DNA of 63,986 bases, counting the filler, from Cladosporium halotolerans (Eukaryota), in assembly GCF_011745625.1 (NCBI RefSeq). It is 5 parts of 5 records of this genome, joined end to end, with 100 filler letters (N's around TTAATTAATTAA, not from the genome) between each part and the next. Parts side by side here need not be neighbours in the genome. Positions count along the whole stretch, not along the records: positions 53,320 to 63,986 come from NW_027191593.1; 4 more parts are not named here. One strand, written 5' to 3'. Position numbers and translations under genes: made by a program. Every line of letters begins with the position of its first letter. Position 1 is the first letter of the stretch. The notes below the pieces were generated by a model, which was not told the DNA's origin, made no database searches, and saw nothing but the letters and a program-made list of their open reading frames with translations. Shown one piece after another: positions 58,191-63,986 of this stretch.

Positions 58191-59354
58191 TCAAGGTATG
58201 TTAAACCAATCGTGGTCCAGTAAATCGCCTGCTGTTGGTCTGTCCCTTGGATCCAATTGCATGATATCGCAAATGAATGCCTTATCTCCCGGCTTTATCT
58301 CCCTGTCTTCAACATGTGAAAAAGGCTTGCGAATCCCTTGCTCTTCTATTAACATGTGAATTGCGGCCAGAATTCTTTCTTGCTCCTCGTCTAGAATTTC
58401 CTTATAGCTTAAAGGAAAGGGTCCAAAATATCTTGTCTGTTCGATTAGGACATGCGCGGGAAACTCAGCATCATCTGCTTTTACGCCCAACGGCTTGAAG
58501 ATGTGAAAATTTAGCCCAAAAATCAGACTGATGAGCTATCGAAGAATTAAGCAGTTACTCATCATTGTAGGGACTATTGTAAGACTGACCGTGGCGCCGA
58601 ACGACCATATATCCGTTGGAGTTGACCATTTCAATCCCAGTAAGGCTTCTGGGCTTCGAAAAATAGCAGCACCGATCATGTGGGCTGTGCCGCGTGGGTC
58701 CGTGTTGAGATCAACGTTGCATGCGTCGCCTATAAGATAGGGCATGAGCTTGGCTCGCTCGCAGTCAGAGCTACACGTTGTTCTGTGCTTACCGCAGTCG
58801 GCTAGCTTAGCTTCCACAACCGTACCATTCGTGTCAAAGTTCAAGAGGATGTTGTCTGGTTTTATGTCTTGCACCGTCAAAATTCAGTCAAGTGCTTCTT
58901 TCTGCGACAGTTGGAGATAATATTACCGGTGTGGGCTATTCCCTTTGCGTGCAGTGACCCCAATGCGGACAGAATGCTGCGAGCGATGAATTTTATGTTT
59001 TTCCTCGACAATTTTGATTTGCTAGACGATTTCAGCGCATCGTCTTGAAGGTGCTCCATGACTAGGCAAGGAGGTTCTTTCGCAAAGTCGATAAGTTGTC
59101 TGATGCACGCATTGCCTTCAAACTGTTGCAAAACTTCTTTTTCACGCTGTAGGCGAATTTCGGATGCGCACTTCAGCACGAAATTCTTGTGGGATGTACT
59201 GCTGCGTCTGCGTTCAGTGGACAAATATTCCTGCTGTTCATGTCAGGACGGGTACCAACCTAGCTCTCCAGATCTGATCATGGAGCTTCTGCGCGACGAT
59301 GTATATGTCCCTCCCACCCTTGATCGCCTGACCTATTCGTAGGGACGATCCCAT
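58191..59354 (-). CDS. Ser/Thr protein kinase (CMGC/SRPK-like), about 5 exons, inside the transposon
   Basis: VLKC..E, LVMEHL, HAKGIAHT|DIKPDNILL, LADC|GD, FRSPEALLG, DIWSFG, DPRDRPTA. Confidence 0.85.
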
Positions 59355-59955
59355 GGCAGCGGCTTCAGGACTTGTCCACGTACTGAAAGGTGAAGTTCGT
59401 TCGGGCCGGGAAAAAGCCTCCAGACTTCGAGGTATGGACGATTTCGGAGTCCCCGCCAAGCAACGTGACCCTCCCGCGTCCAATGCACGGGCCCATGGGT
59501 GCTGCCGCCAAGTATTACGCGCGCATCACTGGCGCTTAATGAAGGCTTCCATGCATTCCGAACCTGTGACACGTTCGGAAAATCGCATCTTGAACGCTTC
59601 CGATTCACTGCCAGTCTGCTCTGGCAATGTGCTGAAGCCGCTCGGGTGCTTCTAGCCGAGCTTGTGGAACACCTGCTTGCATGCGCGAAGCGCCAATATG
59701 TTCATCATGCACGCCTTATCACAACATGGACGTGTCAAAGCAAGATTCGACCCGTCACAATCGCAATGTGCTATGAGTATTGGATGGTTTTCCAAAATGG
59801 GCATGATCCGCTGTGAGCCTCCTGCGTGTATAAGACGAGTGCTTCGCCCTCCGGTCTAGAGCCAACTTTACCAAGGAGCAAAATCTTTCTCAAGTCATCA
59901 TCTTGTCGCCAGACAGCGGCTTACTCGCTTTATACCTAACTATTGATCATCCACG

Positions 59956-60320
59956 ATGAGCTCCAACAAGATCATAGCGAGCAAAGCCCTCGGGTCTATC
60001 CTTCGAAGCGGAAAGAAGCTCGAATTACGCGCAGCCACACAGACAACACTTTGGAAAAGGCCAGACATCATTGCCAATTCTGATATGAGAGACGGTGCAA
60101 TCAAGGCTATCGAGGGTAGCGGTAAGGCTATACCTGATAATACAGCTAGATTAGTCGTGAGGTCAGTGGAGGTTCAATCCCTGTATAAACGAAAGCTTAC
60201 TCACAAAAATCAGGGAGGCAGAACATTCGAGTGAGAATGACCCAAAGGATCACTACACCGTGGTCCTAGAGTGACAAAGACGGCAATTACATTAAAACTG
60301 AACATTTTGATAAGAAGTGA
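59956..60320 (+). pseudogene. Small spliced cargo gene (H.S..D..DHYT..H motif), frameshifted
   Basis: MSSNKII..LVVR|gtcagt..cag|EAEHSSENDPKDHYTVV; DGNYIKTEHFDKK* in a shifted frame. Confidence 0.45.
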
Positions 60321-60584
60321 CAAACACGAGAACGGGTTCGACCAGCTATTTTGTCGGGCATCCTTTGGATCTCACTAACGTGCGTAGAGGCGATCGCCCG
60401 TGGCGAGAGGGTTGGGCACAGGGAATGCTTCCTAGGAGATAGCAATTTATGGAAAGAAGATATAATTTGGAGAATGATCCGAATTCTTGGACTCGTAAAC
60501 AGGTTGAGCACGAAACAGACCTTGACAAACGCGTTATCACAGGTCGCAGCTCGCTGGAGCTATCTTGGAACCCTTAACATTAAG

Positions 60585-62219
60585 TTACCACATACGCGCT
60601 ACCGGCGCTCTCCCTGAGCAAGGTGTTATGATACCTTCCGTATGCTGGATTTCAGAATCCTGAACCAGAACCTCGGAACCAGCTTGTTGTCTGCGCTTCA
60701 CCGGCTGCTTGGCGTTTCCTGTACCGGCATCTACCATTCGCTTCCGCTGCGCTTCGATAATATCTGCGTAGGACATGATTTTCGCGTCGCCCTGGCCGAT
60801 TATCCTGCTCTTAGCGTTTTGCCGCACCCTCTTCCCGTCATTCTGTTTGATTAAGCTTTCGTTCTCATCATGTAAAAGCGAACGATCAGCGAACGCTTTC
60901 TCTGTCGCGTGCAGGAATTTCTCGAGGCACGGATCCCTCGTCGCGCCATCTGCGTTTAGCCTGTCTTCGAGCATACGGTACAGGTTAAGCACACCTTCTG
61001 TCGTGGTCGGCGTCACCAGAGTCTGGTAGTTCAATGGTTCTTCCACTTGCTGGGGACCAAGAGGGGGAGGTTGCATTGAGTCTTCCCGCACTGGCGGCGA
61101 CATTCCGTCAAGCACTCGGCTAGGATTGAACGGAAAAAGCCCAGCCTTCGACCAGCCGGGACGGATGTTATGGGCCGTCAAAGCTACCTCGCGAGCTTGA
61201 CGATACAACAGAACAAAGTGTTCCTTGTTTACTGTGTTTGCACCTCGTCTTTGGAGTTGTTCTACCTGTTCACAATATGCGGTCTTTAATGGACCGAATA
61301 CACTTATATCACAAGGCTGGGGCCTGTGCGATGTGTGCGACGGAAGACGACATAGGATGATGTTGTTCTCAAAGCAGAACGTCAGTACTTCCGAGGATTC
61401 GTGCGACCCAAATCCGTCGTTGATCAGGATTCGTGGTCGTTCATTAGCACGCTAAGGGGTTCAAATATAGTGCGGAGCCATTCTATATTGATCACTGAGT
61501 TCATGTAGCCTTTCTTGCCGCCAGTCCGGAGCCTCGTGGCAGACCCAGTTGCTTCGGAGATCGACCCCAGGGAAAATGACGATAGGCGGCAAGCTCCTGC
61601 CGTCAGCAGATATACATTCGACCGCTGTGATCAGTGTTCTCCGCGCGCCAGTGCCTCTGTGGGCTTTCTCCATGTCACTACTGACAAGATACTTCGAAGA
61701 GCCAAGCGCACTGAGCAATATTCCCGTCTCGTCCATGTTGTACACGTTGTCTTGCAAGATGTTTGTTTCTTCTAGCTGTGCGCGCATGATGTCGAACCAG
61801 CAAACTATTTTTGCATAGATGTTCTTTTCGTGCCTCCTCCAGTCTAACGCCTTGAGGCGTGCGACCTTCAGTTCAGGATGCCGCTTGCAGAATGCTTGCG
61901 GCCAGTCTTTGCCTGGGCTTAGCCTGCCCGCAGGAGCTGTCAAGGTGGTCTCTGGTCCGCGTTGGAGACCTCGTTTTCGGAGAAGGATCGCTGCGTAACG
62001 GCTCAGATCCTTGACTCTTGCAGGGTATCCGTTGCGGTCCGCCCGCAGCACAAAATCTACAACGGCTTGCTCCTCTCGGGGCGTAAGCAGTTGCTGCTTG
62101 ATCGCCTTGTCCCGACGCGATTGGTCGCCGTGCCATTGAGTGGAACGAGGGAGGGCATTGGTAGGTGCAACAAGCTCGCCGGGCGCAACGGTCTCGCGAG
62201 CATTGCGCGGTACCGGCAT
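60585..62219 (-). pseudogene. pogo/Fot1 transposase of the cargo element, frameshifted
   Basis: PGKDWPQAF, YNMDETG, TAVECISADG, LINDGFGSH, QPCDISVF, PVARMW*. Confidence 0.9.
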
Positions 62220-63155
62220 GACGTGCAGCGGGAGCTAACGGCGCTGCAGGGCGCCTGTCACGTCAGATGCGATGCTTACTACGCTGTCAAGTCTGCAGAT
62301 GATACAGAAAGCGAGTATTGAGACGGTTAAGGCGCCAGGGCCGCTGAGGAGAGGTGGAAGGCAGGTTGGGTCAAGGACGTGGGGATCCAGTACTCCCCGA
62401 AAATCTGGGGGCCTGCGTAGGGCAACGCTACGCTAGAATCTATTTTTAGTACGGGACCAGCCGCTAGCCGCCCATCTCATGCGATTGCGGAGGCAGGAAG
62501 ACGAGGACCCACAATCGCAGGTGGCTTGCGGTGTGCTATCTATCACACCCAAGAAATCTCACCTATCAGTGATGTCATCGTGCTGTTTCTGCCCTGTCAG
62601 ATCACCATCAACTCACTTCGTGCCCCTGCAACCTTATTTCTATTAGTTTGTGTAAGATCGTCTTACAAGTTTTCATAGAGATTCAACACCAGAGAACAGC
62701 ACGAAGTATGTTTCAAACAATTGCATTCACTTGCACGATGAGGGTGCTAAACTTGCGTAGATATACAGAAAAATCGCCATTGAAGCGAAGCCTTGTGCCC
62801 AGCCACGATCGCCCTTCGCTGGTGGCGATGAGGCTGCAAGAGATGCATGTGAGGTTTAGATGATTGATAAGGACATCGGGAAACGTACGTGTGCGGCGAA
62901 AGGGTGCATAAAAAGTTACGGTCAATGTTGCGCAGAAGCGTTTCGGCACGCCCGAGTTTTCGCAACGCCCGGATATAGGTTAGTTTGCACTTCGTCGAGA
63001 AGAACGTTGTAAACCTCTGCGTACGCTAGTGATCGTCGGAGATGTATCCGAGATGAAAGCGAGGTGGGCAATGAACAAGCATTGAACTGTTACAGTGCGT
63101 TCTCTGTGATAGATACGAACGCTACTGTAACATTATGCTTCCATCATTGCGAGAC

Positions 63156-63499
63156 TCAAGCAAGACTTTCGTTTCGGAGCTCGGTCTCGATTTCTTCTCT
63201 TTCCTCAGTTGCAAATGGTATGCCGAATTTCAACAGATCGCAAAGCTCCTCTGCGGTTTTGTCTGCGATTCCTTCGGCAAGGTACCGGCAACAAAGCTCG
63301 TCTAGTTCATCGATGATGAGAAAGTCCGCTGCGTTTCGTATGTCAACGATTTCTTGCATGTCCACTCGTCCAAGGCTGTGGCTCCATCTCATAGCATCAC
63401 ACGTACTTTCCTGATCTTCCATACGGCACTCACACCACGCGAGAACTTTGACAAGCACACTCGCATCAACATTTGGAATCTATGCGCGATTTTTAGCTA
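63156..63499 (-). pseudogene. Skp1-like copy B, 5' part cut off by Tc1 insertion
   Basis: Near-identical to 41074-41418; similarity ends at TA 63498-99. Confidence 0.8.
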
Positions 63500-63986
63500 C
63501 AGTCACCAGCGATTGCAGTGTCCTCACGCGACCTCATATATTGATCCTGAGTGGCACATATTAGCTTTGTACAGCCTATACATCGATTTTGTAAGGGTCA
63601 TATAAAATTTTGCAGAGAGTATATATATTGCTTCTACCAGACTGATATATCGAATTAAAGGACATATATAAATTTTGTACAGCTTTCTCCACAAGCCCTG
63701 TTCCGGATTGCTCCGGGAATGACTATTGCAGCCGTCCCCACAAGCCCCAATGATCCTTCCGGCAAGGATCATGGCGCCGCGTCTCGCACAGTCCCAAAGA
63801 ACCCAATTGTACGACATGGTTCGATCAAGCTCGCTATGCGACAGGGATATCGCCCATATCGCTTGCTGCAGTATGCGCACCGTCCGCAGAGTCCGCGCTA
63901 ACATGCAGGCTTTTGGGGCACCACGTGCGCCCAACCTTACTGGTGGACGGCGTCCCAGTATGCTTCCACATACTTTCGATGCGCTA
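63500..63986 (+). mobile_element. Tc1/mariner (Ant1-like) element left end plus transposase N-terminus (ATG 63771)
   Basis: TA|CAGT start; MAPRLAQSQRTQLYDMV..IAHIACCSMRTVRRVRANMQAFGAPRAP..GRR. Confidence 0.8.

Larger units (their letters stand above)
57116..62980 (-). mobile_element. 5865-bp cargo-carrying pogo/Fot1-type transposon
   Basis: 40-bp TIRs (33/40 match) at 57116-57155 and 62941-62980; TA at 57114-15 and 62981-82; empty site GCCGTTAGTTTG at 40892-40903. Confidence 0.9.

Noticed and set aside
63063..63078. 16-bp match GGTGGGCAATGAACAA to the hAT TIR at 13861
   Set aside because: It lacks the terminal CAG, the paralog at ~40979 differs, and a match this long is plausible by chance

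Overview
Fungal (filamentous ascomycete-like), transposon-rich accessory DNA. The window is five separate contigs joined by artificial N-TTAATTAATTAA-N linkers. The three complete contigs decrease in size (13329, 13118, 13083 bp), so adjacency across gaps is probably meaningless. Highlights: (1) An apparently telomere-targeting non-LTR retroelement (about 15378-23009, minus strand) with three tandem ORFs (ORF0, Cys-motif ORF1, APE-endonuclease/RT ORF2). It has a long G:U-rich structured 3' RNA, TTAGGG-type repeats at both ends in the polarity expected for telomere-primed reverse transcription, and an abutting 729-nt tract with no cytosine. (2) A 5.9-kb pogo/Fot1-type transposon (57116-62980) with 40-bp TIRs, a TA duplication and a visible empty site in a paralogous copy; it carries a multi-exon protein kinase and other cargo. 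(3) A cluster of chromatin-related genes (PHD+JmjC, BAH, Myb-like HTH, degenerate Ulp1). Also present: hAT, pogo and Tc1 fragments, divergent Skp1 paralogs, an NTase-like ORF, GT31, ankyrin, kinase and C2H2 genes, and tyrosinase and GH18 chitinase genes each broken by a single nonsense codon. All calls come from reading motifs by eye; no searches were run.
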